The notes: generated from the sequence alone by a model not told the origin. A DNA stretch of 64,000 nt from an uncultured delta proteobacterium (GCA_963789395.1 CAWBKP010000011.1:224001-288000); one strand, 5' to 3'; counted from the stretch's first letter, positions 53,008 to 62,749 are shown. A program made the numbers and translations.

Positions 53008-53784
53008 ATGATGTTTCAAGTTCAGAAAACAGTAGCCCGAAGAATGGCTTTCATGCTGTTGACAGCGTTGCTCTGCGGATGCGCATCCAGCGGCTCGCCG
53101 AAATCCGCCAAAACTCCGGAGCGGAGCGGGTTTTTGAGTAATTATGAGCTTCTGAAGCCGATCGAGGGTGATGACAGCGCGAAGGCGTGGCGCGCTCAGG
53201 ACGTGGATTGGAAAAAATACGACAAAGTCCTCATTGAACGTATACAGGTGTTCATAAAAGAAGACAGCGAAAACAAGGGGATTGACCCGACCGATCTGAA
53301 GATGCTGACAGACTATTTTTATCAGGCTCTCGTAAAAGAGATCGAGCCTACGGCACAGATCGTGGATACGGCGGGCCCTGACGTGATCGGGCTGCGTATC
53401 GCCATTGTCAACCTTGTGCCGACAAAATACGGGCTCAGCATCGCAGGCACCCTGACCCCTTATGCCTTTGTTGCCGAAGCCGCCTCCGGGCCGGCCAGCG
53501 GAAGACCGGCCGGATCCACGCCTTATCTGGGTGAAACCGGTATCGAGGCCCAGGTCCTCGATGGCGGTACGGGACAGGTAATTGCCGAGTTCGCCGACAA
53601 CAGGTTCGGCAAGAAGTACGATGTCGACACGTCCAAGAACGCCTCCGGCATGGCCAAACAATGGGTGAACGGATACGTGGACTCTTTCACCACCTGGAAC
53701 TATGCAAAGCAATCCTTCGACCTGTGGGCTGGACTCATCAAAAAACGTTTCAACGAACTGCGGGGCATCGAGGCCGTGAAATAA
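53008..53784 (+). CDS. DUF3313 family lipoprotein
   Basis: Lipobox LCGC; SGFLSNY..L; KYDKVLIE; LRIAIVNL; IEAQVLDG.TG. Confidence 0.8.
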   Translation: MMFQVQKTVARRMAFMLLTALLCGCASSGSPKSAKTPERSGFLSNYELLKPIEGDDSAKAWRAQDVDWKKYDKVLIERIQVFIKEDSENKGIDPTDLKMLTDYFYQALVKEIEPTAQIVDTAGPDVIGLRIAIVNLVPTKYGLSIAGTLTPYAFVAEAASGPASGRPAGSTPYLGETGIEAQVLDGGTGQVIAEFADNRFGKKYDVDTSKNASGMAKQWVNGYVDSFTTWNYAKQSFDLWAGLIKKRFNELRGIEAVK

Positions 53785-53830
53785 GTGGTGAAATCCATTT
53801 TCTTTTTAAGAAACTGCCTTCAAATGGATT

Positions 53831-54022
53831 TCAATCCCACTGAAACGCATCACCCTCTCTGCGGGTCCTTTCCCGGCGGCAGATCCATCCCACGATGCTG
53901 ATGCGGGTATACCCTTTGCATGGTTGCCTGCGCCGGTCTTCCATACGACGTTCATTTAACTTGTCCTCACAATGGGGGGTTGCATTCAGGCGGTTATTAT
54001 GGGTGTTTTGATTCTCATTCAT
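53831..54022 (-). CDS. Small basic hypothetical protein
   Basis: 63-aa ORF just downstream of the PhaC-like gene; ERR.EDRR...GYTRISIVGWICRR. Confidence 0.5.
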   Translation of the reverse strand: MNENQNTHNNRLNATPHCEDKLNERRMEDRRRQPCKGYTRISIVGWICRRERTRREGDAFQWD

Positions 54023-54038
54023 AGCGGGATCCCCATTT

Positions 54039-55586
54039 CTATGACGTTAAGGCATCATTCAGGTCGAGTTGAAACCGTACCGGCCCCCGCCAGTTTCCCG
54101 TCCCGAACCGGGTATGCAGCGCACAGGCCGATTTCGGATCGGACCAGGAGGTCGCGATGGCCACATGACCTTTGGGAAACGGGGTGACCTCGGCGGGGAC
54201 AAAATCCAGCGGGGCCAGCGCGGTTTCCTTTTCCACCAGGTCATCGTGGGTTCCATAACAGATCAGCCAGGGTATTTGCTTTTCCGCAATCCGTTTCAGG
54301 TTCAGTTTTCGACCGAACAACTGCACCGGAAGGGTTCCGTCCGCCGTGATCGGCGTATTGTAAGAGGCAAAACTGAACCGGGTGATAGCCAGCGGCAGAT
54401 CGAATCGCTCGGCACTCAACCAGTAATTCAATGCAGCAGCCGTCTTGCTGATTTGAACCGGCGCCCCGTTTCTGGCACGCAACATCCGGATGTCCCGGAA
54501 AAATGCGTTCAGAGGCTGCTCGGTTTCGATGCTTTTCAGTTTATACACCCATCCCATCAGTGTTCCATCAGCCACCTTGTTGCCATTGGGCAGTGTTTTG
54601 GTACCATACGCCAGATCGTTAAACCGCCTGGGAAGCCGTTTTAAAAATTCCGCAAGTCCCCGGCTTCGTGTGCCATCCATGGGCGCAACACAGGTAATGA
54701 AAGCATCGACCAGATCGTCCAGTTCTCCGGAAAGCAGATTGCATAATGCATTGAATCCGCCCTGACAGTAACCGTTCAGGGTGACGGGTTTGCCGTGCCG
54801 CTTGAAGATGGTTTCACAGAACAGGCGGGTATCCAAGGCATCGTCTTCAGCTGTCATGGTTTGAAGTGCTTCGGTTGAGCCGATGTCTTTCAGAATGCGG
54901 ATATAGGTGGGTATCCCCTGATTGGCGAAAGCATGCGCATAGCTTTTGTTTTCACCGGGCAAAAATCCCAGAATATTGGCGCCCAGGACGTAAGGCGGCA
55001 GGATGCAGACCGGTTTCATGTTCCGGCCGGCAGCCGCGGTATCGGTTGGCGTGATCCGATACAGATAGAACCGATCGGTTTCCGCGACCCGTTCATGCAC
55101 GCCGCGTTCAAAATGAAAGCCGTATTCCGGTTCGATATTCTGAATCACTTGAGGGTAAACATGAACGACCCGTTCCATCAATTCTGCCTGGCGGGTGGCA
55201 AATGCATTCAGCTCATGCGGGTTCAGTGCGAACACACCTTGATACATGGCCTGAAGGAAAGCGCCGATTTCCGGCCAGGCATACTCGTTAATGGCATCCA
55301 GTGCGCTGGAAACACCCCGGCCCATCAATTCATTATTGTAATCAAGAAGATTTAAATAGGATTCCAGACTGTCCAACGGGGATGTTTTGAAAAGATTGCC
55401 GGATTCAACCTGCTGAAAATAGTGGGTTGAAATCAGATAGGGCACAAAAAAATCGGTGGTATACCGCGCCAGGCCGGACAAAAATGTCTGTGTGGCATAT
55501 CCCAGTTTGCCAAGGGCCAAAACCCCTTCTTGACAAGAATCGACAATATCCGGTGTTTCTACTATATCGTCTGCGAGGCGATTCAT
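54039..55586 (-). CDS. PhaC-like alpha/beta hydrolase with a Cys nucleophile
   Basis: GYCQGG nucleophile elbow, GTHDDLV, KGHVA; AGGAGG RBS. Confidence 0.75.
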   Translation of the reverse strand: MNRLADDIVETPDIVDSCQEGVLALGKLGYATQTFLSGLARYTTDFFVPYLISTHYFQQVESGNLFKTSPLDSLESYLNLLDYNNELMGRGVSSALDAINEYAWPEIGAFLQAMYQGVFALNPHELNAFATRQAELMERVVHVYPQVIQNIEPEYGFHFERGVHERVAETDRFYLYRITPTDTAAAGRNMKPVCILPPYVLGANILGFLPGENKSYAHAFANQGIPTYIRILKDIGSTEALQTMTAEDDALDTRLFCETIFKRHGKPVTLNGYCQGGFNALCNLLSGELDDLVDAFITCVAPMDGTRSRGLAEFLKRLPRRFNDLAYGTKTLPNGNKVADGTLMGWVYKLKSIETEQPLNAFFRDIRMLRARNGAPVQISKTAAALNYWLSAERFDLPLAITRFSFASYNTPITADGTLPVQLFGRKLNLKRIAEKQIPWLICYGTHDDLVEKETALAPLDFVPAEVTPFPKGHVAIATSWSDPKSACALHTRFGTGNWRGPVRFQLDLNDALTS

Positions 55587-55662
55587 CCAGCCCCCTCCTT
55601 TTCAGATTCGGCGGAATCAACCGAATGGATTATCTTCCGTTGAAAATCAAAATATTGACAAC

Positions 55663-55797
55663 TTGATGGTCTCACAAAATGCCGGAAATCGCGACATCTC
55701 GTCATTGCGGCGAAATCCGGAATCCAGTGTTTCTGGATAGTTGATAAAAGGCTGGACACCGGGTTTCACCGACGTGACGACTTTTTTCGAGATCATC
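55663..55797. repeat. Family B REPIN/MITE-like element
   Basis: Ends GATGGTCTCACAAAA ... TTTTTCGAGATCATC; internal CGTCATT..GGAATCCAG and CTGGACACCGG..GTGACG. Confidence 0.8.
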
Positions 55798-56060
55798 TAT
55801 TTTGAATCGGAAAAAAAAGATTCCACTTTGGCATAGCTGTCGTCAACAAGAGACTTGAAGTTTTCACAACCGGATTTGTAAGTGGCCATCCAGTCTTTAA
55901 TGGCCTTTTTCCCTTCTTCCGGAAGCCAGGTGGCCTGTTCCATGAACGCTCCAGCCATTTTTTCATTCTGTTCATACACCATGGTCATGGCCTTGAAGCT
56001 GTTGTCCATGGCGGTTTTGTTAAACTGTATCATCTGCTTGGCGATTGTTTTCTGATCCAT
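55797..56060 (-). CDS. Phasin-like granule protein
   Basis: 87-aa helical ORF divergent from phaR; GGAGG RBS; assignment rests mostly on context. Confidence 0.65.
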   Translation of the reverse strand: MDQKTIAKQMIQFNKTAMDNSFKAMTMVYEQNEKMAGAFMEQATWLPEEGKKAIKDWMATYKSGCENFKSLVDDSYAKVESFFSDSK

Positions 56061-56226
56061 TGGTTTTTCCTCCCTGATTGATTATGGTATGGGGGCCGTT
56101 CCGCATTTATTTTGCAATCCGGGAATCGGCATGATAAAAATATCCAGTCCGGTGCCTGTCAAACAATATTACGGAACATTCAATTCTGGCTTGCGATTTT
56201 ACGAAAATCTTTCATGCATGTCAAGC

Positions 56227-56249
56227 ATTATTTTGCATTGCAAAATAAT
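56227..56249. promoter_or_regulatory. Palindromic operator, candidate PhaR site
   Basis: ATTATTTTGCA-T-TGCAAAATAAT between the phasin-like gene and phaR. Confidence 0.6.
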
Positions 56250-56403
56250 ATATAATTGCCTTAAAAATAACATGTATTAATTATAATTATAATATATCAG
56301 TATGTTGACTTAATTTTATTTCTGTACGAAGCGATATTTTCAATGTTTTATTTGCAAAACAGAAATTTTTTATTTCTTTAACATCTCTGATCAGGACAAT
56401 TTT

Positions 56404-56874
56404 ATGGAAAAACCCATTGAATTGAGGAAATATACCAACCGTCGGCTGTACGATGCCGATCAGAAAAAATTCGTCTCACTGGGTGAAGTGGCTGAAATGA
56501 TTCGTGGCGGCCGGCAGGTCAAGGTTTCCGACGCCAAAACCCAGGAAGACGTCACGGCATTCATTTTAACACAGATTGTCCTCGAACAGGCCAAAAATCA
56601 TCACGCACTGCTTCCCGTTCCGTTGCTGCACCTGATCATTCAATATGGCGACAATGCCTTGAGCGGGTTTTTTGAAACGTATCTGCAACAGATCGTTCAG
56701 TCCTACCTGAATTGCAAGTGGTCAGTTGATGAACAGTTTCTGCGCTGGCTCGACCTTGGGGAGGGGGTATCCAAAGCCGCTCAAGAAAGCCTGAAGAAAC
56801 TGAATCCCTTAAACACTTTTTTCGATGGATTTTCCGGAAAGGCCCAATCCCAACCCAAAAAACCGAAAGGTTGA
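56404..56874 (+). CDS. phaR: PHA synthesis regulator PhaR
   Basis: RKYTNRRLYD...DAKTQEDVT..LTQIVLE. Confidence 0.9.
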   Translation: MEKPIELRKYTNRRLYDADQKKFVSLGEVAEMIRGGRQVKVSDAKTQEDVTAFILTQIVLEQAKNHHALLPVPLLHLIIQYGDNALSGFFETYLQQIVQSYLNCKWSVDEQFLRWLDLGEGVSKAAQESLKKLNPLNTFFDGFSGKAQSQPKKPKG

Positions 56875-57000
56875 TGATCTCGACAAAAATCACACCATCT
56901 CGTCATTCCGACGAAAGCTGGGATCCGGTGTTTTTAGATAGTTGCTAAAAGGCTGGACACCGGTTTTCACCGGTGTGACGACTTTTTGCGAGACCATCAA
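56871..57000. repeat. Family B REPIN/MITE-like element
   Basis: TTGATGATCTCG ... CGAGACCATCAA termini; collinear with 55663-55797. Confidence 0.8.
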
Positions 57001-57035
57001 AGTTGAGGCGCCAATTTTCATTAAAGCCGCGCCCA

Positions 57036-57455
57036 TTACTGCCGCGGGGGGCTGATCAATGCCTCGCCGTCCAGAACCACAACACCATCCTGATTGGTGC
57101 ATACGGTCTTTAAACGCACCCGCTTTTTTTCCCGAAGGATCTCCACCACCTCAACCGTTGCCGTTACGGTATCTCCGATGGCCACGGGCGCCCGAAAATT
57201 CAGCTGCTGCTGCATATAGATCGTACCGGGCCCGGGAAGCTGATTGCCCAGCACGTTTGAAATCAGACCGGCCGACAGCATCCCGTGTGCAATCCGGGTC
57301 TTGAAGGCGGTGTTTTTTGCGTATGCCTCGTTCACATGGGCCGGATTGAAATCGCCGGTAATCCCTGCAAACAGGTATACATCCGACTCGGATATGGTTT
57401 TGGTAAAGGATGCGGTCTGCCCGACGCTCAGTTCATCGATGGTTTTTCCCTTCAT
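57036..57455 (-). CDS. phaJ: MaoC-family (R)-specific enoyl-CoA hydratase
   Basis: FAGITGDFNPAH, IAHGML, LPGPGTIY; AGGAG RBS before MKGKT. Confidence 0.85.
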   Translation of the reverse strand: MKGKTIDELSVGQTASFTKTISESDVYLFAGITGDFNPAHVNEAYAKNTAFKTRIAHGMLSAGLISNVLGNQLPGPGTIYMQQQLNFRAPVAIGDTVTATVEVVEILREKKRVRLKTVCTNQDGVVVLDGEALISPPRQ

Positions 57456-57486
57456 GGCTGTTTTCTCCTCTTGCCGTGAAAATTGC

Positions 57487-57571
57487 TCCCCCCTTTGGAA
57501 AAGGGGGGAAAGGGGGGATTTCAAATGGTCCGCAAAAAATCCCCCTCGATCCCCCTTTTTCTAAGGGGGAA
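57487..57571. repeat. Family C element
   Basis: CCCCCTTTGGAAAAGGGGGGAAAGGGGGGATTT ... AAATCCCCCTCGATCCCCCTTTTTCTAAGGGGGA. Confidence 0.8.
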
Positions 57572-57625
57572 GGTATCATTTTCATTAACGGGGGTGTATG
57601 CCCTTCCAATTCATGGTCATGAAAC

Positions 57626-58676
57626 TTAGAACCACGAGCGGTGGCTCCAGATGTCCGCTTCCAGATCCTTCTTGTCTTCCTGCAGCTTCATATACAGGCT
57701 GGCATTCTGAATGGCCAGTCCGCCCTGATGGGCAAGGGCCTGGATCATAACCTTTACATCTGCCGAAAAATGACGCGGGAGTTTCGCTGTAAAGACTCAT
57801 GGTTCCAATCACATCATCGCGTGCCCTTACCGGCGCCATGATCATGGCGCCGATGCCCTCCTGTTTCAGCAGATCCTTGATGAATTGAAACGTGTCATTG
57901 TTATTGACGTTCTCAATCACGAGCGTGTTGCCTTTCAATGCGGATTTGGTCATTTCCGAGCGGTTCACCCGGGGGTCGCTGAGAAAACGCTCGCTGAGGC
58001 CATAACTGGAAACCAGGGCAAGCTCTTTTTTTGTCTGATTCAGCAGGCGGATATCGGATCCTTTCATACCCAGTGCGCTGGATACTTCGGCGGTCATGTT
58101 GTTCAGAATATGCTTGATATCCAGGCTTGAATTCAAGCTGGCAGTCAGTTCCAGAAACAGAAGGGCATTTTTTTGAATCCGTTCCAGAAGCCTGGATTTT
58201 TGAATGGCCATCCCCCCCTGCTCCGCCAATGCGCGCAGAAAATCGATTTCATCGCCGGTAAAATCCCGCTGCGTGGACGTATATAATGACAGCACGCCGA
58301 TAGTCCGATCCTGAACCCTGACTGCCACGGTCAGGATGGAGGCAATGCCCTCGGCTTTTTTCGCGTCATGATTCTCCAGCAGGGGATCGGTTGTGGCATC
58401 CAGGAAGCTCAAATATCCGTTTTTCAGGAGCGCGTTGACAATGCGCTGCGCTTTCATCGGGTTGGCATGCAGATAATTGGCGGATAATCCTTTTTGAACC
58501 ACCGGAACAAAAAAATCCTCTTTTTCATCAGCCAGGAACAGGCAGGCGGCCTTTCCCCCCATTGTGTCGATGGCGTATTGAACGATCAGGACCAGCAGGT
58601 CCTCCTGGGTCGCAGCAGTCCCAAATGCCTGACTGAGCCTGCAAAACGTTTTAAAATAGTCTTTCACTTCGGCCAT
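57626..58676 (-). CDS. Tandem-GAF protein without output domain (frameshift near 57770)
   Basis: Two GAF repeats (GLS..YL, EGIASIL, IGVLSLY, LAEQGGMAI); reconstructed end IWSHRSWF stop. Confidence 0.8.
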
Positions 58677-59883
58677 ATCGGGATCTCCCTAATATTGGAT
58701 TTTTTGCATTCGACATTGGTCTTGATCCTGTTTCCCTCTTGGTGGATTTTCCGGGCAGGGGTTTTGACTTTGTGGGGGCTTTACGGGTTCTGCGCGGAGA
58801 CGCGATCGCATCTCTGTCTTTCAGCCAGGCCGCGATTTTGGGGGCAAATTCTTTCTGGCACTTGCTGCTGACATAGATGCCGATGTGGCCCGTATCCAGG
58901 CAGACGTTTTCCGTATCGGTACTGCCGACATACCGGATCAGGGGCTCGCAGGCCTCTGGCGGCACCAGATGATCGAATTTTCCATAGAAATTCAACACCG
59001 GCATGGTGATTTTCTTGAGATCGATCCGTTTGCCGCCCACTTCCAGACGGTTTTGAACGAGAAGATTCCGCTGGTAGCAATCCTTTATGAACTGCCTGAA
59101 TACTTCGCCCGGCAGATCCGGGCTGTCAAATATCCATTTTTCCATGCGGACGAAATTTTCCACAAAATTCTTGTTGTCCATGTTTTCCATGAACCCCACA
59201 TATTTGTCGATCATCAGCCGGGCCGGATTCAGCAGCAGGAACCCGAAATTCATCACATCGGCCGGGATATTGCCGTATATGTCCACCAGCCGGTCCGCAT
59301 CGATATGCTTCGTCCAGACATGCAGCAACCCCTTGTCGGTATCAAAATACGTCGGGGTAACCGTGGTGATCAGGTTTTTGACCTTGTCCGGATAAAGCGC
59401 GGAATAGATGACACAGAAGGTTCCGCCCATGCAGATGCCCATGAGGTTGATCCTGGCCACGCCGTGCCGTTCCCGGATAAAATTGACGACATTGTCCATG
59501 TAGCCGTTGATGTGATCATCGAATCCGAGGAACCGGTCCTTGCGGGTCGGATATCCCCAATCTATCATATACAGATCGATGCCGCTGTCCAGAAAGGTTT
59601 CCACCACGCTGCGTCCCGGCTGAAGATCCAGCATGGTCTCCCGGTTGATCAGGGCATACACGACCAGAAGGGGCGTGGCATACCGGGCTTGCGTGCGCGG
59701 CAGATAGTGCTTCAGTTTGATGCGATCTTCCTGATACACCACTTCACAGGGCGTGGCGGCAATATCGGTATCCATTTTTTCCAGCAGAACTTCCGAGGCT
59801 TTCCGGGCGCGGCTTTGGACCCGCTCGGCATCTTCGGCCAGTTTTGACAGGATGAGATCGACAGGTATGGCGGGCTGGCTCAT
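58651..59883 (-). CDS. phaC: Class III PHA synthase subunit PhaC
   Basis: PLLVVYALIN, LDLQP, GICMGG, EKWIFDSPD, DHLVPP, GHIG. Confidence 0.93.
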   Translation of the reverse strand: MSQPAIPVDLILSKLAEDAERVQSRARKASEVLLEKMDTDIAATPCEVVYQEDRIKLKHYLPRTQARYATPLLVVYALINRETMLDLQPGRSVVETFLDSGIDLYMIDWGYPTRKDRFLGFDDHINGYMDNVVNFIRERHGVARINLMGICMGGTFCVIYSALYPDKVKNLITTVTPTYFDTDKGLLHVWTKHIDADRLVDIYGNIPADVMNFGFLLLNPARLMIDKYVGFMENMDNKNFVENFVRMEKWIFDSPDLPGEVFRQFIKDCYQRNLLVQNRLEVGGKRIDLKKITMPVLNFYGKFDHLVPPEACEPLIRYVGSTDTENVCLDTGHIGIYVSSKCQKEFAPKIAAWLKDRDAIASPRRTRKAPTKSKPLPGKSTKRETGSRPMSNAKNPILGRSRYGRSERLF

Positions 59884-59887
59884 CGGT

Positions 59888-60814
59888 TCACCCCCTTGTG
59901 GACGGCTTGGCGTGGTTTGAACGGGCAAGGGGTTTACGGTCTTTTTCAAGGGCTCGAATCCGCTTTTTCAGCTCGTAGAGTTCCCGTTCCAGGTCGTCGA
60001 TTTCTTTGCGGCTGGGAATGGGCAGCCCGCTCAGCATATCCTGAAGAACGGCATCCTTGGATGCCGAAAAGTCTGAAATCGCATTCAGGGTATTGGCCAG
60101 AATCCGGTTATATTCAGGGGACTGAAACAGCTTCATGTAATGCCCTTCCAGAATCTTTATCCACATCTGGTAATATTTCTGGGAATCATCCGGAAGGGCC
60201 CCCTTTTCCGCCATCTCGCCAAGCTTCTCCTGCATGACCGAAACGGAATGACTGAGCGGCAGCGACAGCACCCGGACAAATTCGGCCAGGGTCGAATGAT
60301 AGATATTATACTTGTCCACAGCCTGGTTGAATTTTTCCTGATAGCCCCGGGCCAGCCCCAGTTGGGGGATGTTGAAAAACTGCCGGAATTCGGATTCATA
60401 CATGTCAATCCAGGCCCGGAACATGTTCTCGTCGAGCCGTTCAAATGAATAGGCATCGACGGTTTCACCGATACGGCCGCAGCGCTCCAGCCATTTCTGC
60501 TGAAGCTGAATGTATCCGTCAACCGTATTCTGGGCCATTTTCGCCAGAATCTCCGGCATTGCCCCCGCACCTTTCAACAGCGATTCCATGGATTCGGGAG
60601 CGGACATGGCTGCCGAAACCGCCTGCCAGTTCCGGATGGCTGCATCCAGTGCGCTTCTGGCGCTCTGGGCGCCGCTCTGTTGGGAAGATGTATCCGGAGC
60701 GGGATGAGGCTGCTGCCACATCTGCGACTGCCCGCTCCAAAAATCGGTAACGAATTTTATCCAGTCCGCCATCATGGCGTCCGTTCCGGTTGCATCCGGT
60801 TTGCTTTCATTCAT
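59888..60814 (-). CDS. phaE: Class III PHA synthase subunit PhaE
   Basis: PQLGLARGYQ, YQMWI, PIPSRKEIDDLERELYELKKRIRALE; directly upstream of phaC. Confidence 0.88.
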   Translation of the reverse strand: MNESKPDATGTDAMMADWIKFVTDFWSGQSQMWQQPHPAPDTSSQQSGAQSARSALDAAIRNWQAVSAAMSAPESMESLLKGAGAMPEILAKMAQNTVDGYIQLQQKWLERCGRIGETVDAYSFERLDENMFRAWIDMYESEFRQFFNIPQLGLARGYQEKFNQAVDKYNIYHSTLAEFVRVLSLPLSHSVSVMQEKLGEMAEKGALPDDSQKYYQMWIKILEGHYMKLFQSPEYNRILANTLNAISDFSASKDAVLQDMLSGLPIPSRKEIDDLERELYELKKRIRALEKDRKPLARSNHAKPSTRG

Positions 60815-60840
60815 GGTTGCCCCCATCAAGTCTTTGCCCT

Positions 60841-61347
60841 TCAGCCTTTAGCCTTCGGTCTGCGGCCGTCCGTTTTCAGAACCGCATCTCCGAAGTTCTT
60901 CATGAACGTCTGGAATTCATCGCTTTGATCCTGAATCAAGGATTGAAACCGCAGAAGAAGCTCGCTCTGCCCCAACCCTTTTTCTTCCAGCAAAAGCCGA
61001 AGCTGGGAAATCATTTCGTCCTTTTTCCCGATAGTTTTCTCCAGTGAATCGCATTTTTCCTGAAGGGCCTGATAGTCGGCCCGGGGAATCCAGCCCCACA
61101 TCCCGGCATAAGTGCAAAAAGCAGATTGAAAGGCTTCAAGCGTCTGCTGCCATATCCGGGAATATTCCGCAACCGCAGGTTCTTCAGCGGGTCCGTCAAT
61201 GCCGCAAGCCTTCTGAAACAGCCTGCCAAGTTCCGCCATGTCCATGACTTCCGGCTTGGCATCGGGAGCGGACTGCTCGAGCAGTTTCTGCCATCTGGCG
61301 GCCTGGATCAGATAATTTCCGAAGAATTCCATAAACTGGCTGTGCAT
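60841..61347 (-). CDS. Hypothetical coiled-coil protein in the pha operon
   Basis: 168-aa ORF tightly packed between MaoC-Pta and phaE. Confidence 0.65.
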   Translation of the reverse strand: MHSQFMEFFGNYLIQAARWQKLLEQSAPDAKPEVMDMAELGRLFQKACGIDGPAEEPAVAEYSRIWQQTLEAFQSAFCTYAGMWGWIPRADYQALQEKCDSLEKTIGKKDEMISQLRLLLEEKGLGQSELLLRFQSLIQDQSDEFQTFMKNFGDAVLKTDGRRPKAKG

Positions 61348-61358
61348 GGGATCCTCAT

Positions 61359-62749
61359 TCAGGCTAGTTTTTCACGCAGCCAATGGGCGAAAGCCGCCGC
61401 AACGGCACAGGAAGCCATCCTGGCTTCGGCCGAATCCGCCCGGCTGGTCAGGATAATGGGTACCCGTGCCCCCAGGACGATACCGGCCGAATCGGCTTTG
61501 CCCAGGTAGGTCAGCTGTTTGGCCAGCATGTTGCCGGCCTCCAGGTCGGGCACCAGAAGAATGTCCGCTTCGCCGGCCACCGGTGAATGGATGTCCTTTG
61601 ATCAGGGCGGCTTCCTTGCTGATGGCATTGTCAAAGGCCAGCGGGCCGTCGATGACGGCCCCTGTCGATTTGCCCGCGGTCGGCCATTTTACACAAGGCA
61701 GCGGCATCGATGGTGCCGGGAATCTTCGGGTTTACCGTTTCCATTGCCGAGAGAATGGCCACCTTGGGCTGCGGAATGTTCAGCGCGTGGGCCAGTTGAA
61801 TGGCATTCTTGAGAATATCGACCTTGTCTTCCAGGGTCGGATAGATGTTGATGGCCGCATCGGTGATGAACAGCGGCCGGGGATAGGTGGGCACATCCAT
61901 GGCAAAAATATGGCTGATCCGCCGTTCGGTGCGCAGCCCCGTGGCAGACGGAACGACCGCGCCCATCAGCTCATCGGTGTGCAGGCTGCCTTTCATGAGC
62001 GCTTCGGCCTCGCCGGATCGGCAAAGCGCCACGGCTTTTGCCGCGGCATCATGGCTGTGGACCGCATTCACCAGACGATAGGGACTGATATCCAGATTCA
62101 GGCTCTCCGCCAGGGCCCGGATTTTGGCTTCGGGCCCCACCAGGATCGGTTCGATCAGATCGCTCTTGGCCGCATCGATGGCACCTTCCAGCGCCTCTTT
62201 GCCGCAGGGGTGGCACACGGCGGTGGGAACCCGATCCCAGTCCTTGACGTGATCGATCAGCTTCTTGAAAGCGTTTTTACGCCACAGCTGCATGGAGGCG
62301 TAAGGCGATCCGGCATCGGTCGGCTTTTGGGTCGGCGCCTTGACCTTGGCCATGCCGGTGATGATTTTCTCGTCGCGCTGATTGACCGCCAGGCAATCAA
62401 AAAGCACACTGCCGTCCGCGGCATTTTTGGCTTTTGCGGTCACGGTAATGGTGATCGTGTCGCCGAGTTCCAGCGCATTGTGGAACTCGAACTGCTGGGA
62501 TTGATAGACCGTGCCGGGCCCCGGCAGATCGTTGCCCAGCAGGCTCGAGATCAGGGCCCCACCCCACATGCTGTGTCCGACCAGCTTGTGCCGATCCAGC
62601 AGCATCCGCGCGTATTCGTCACTGAAATGCGTCGGGTTCATATCGCCGGACAAAAGCCCGAACATGTCAATGTCCTGTTTGGTCAACACCCGCTGCATGC
62701 TGGCGCTGTCGCCGACATGGATTTCATCGAACGTTTTGTTGGTGATCAT
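61359..62749 (-). CDS. Bifunctional MaoC enoyl-CoA hydratase / phosphate acyltransferase (frameshifts near 61590-61670)
   Basis: SGDMNPTH, LPGPGTVY; LMKGSLHT, TDAAINIYP, DGPLAFDNA, PDLEAGNML, LTSRADS. Confidence 0.92.

Noticed and set aside
57456..57524. N-terminal extension of phaJ in the ORF track
   Set aside because: It derives from the family C repeat; a good RBS precedes the ATG at 57455
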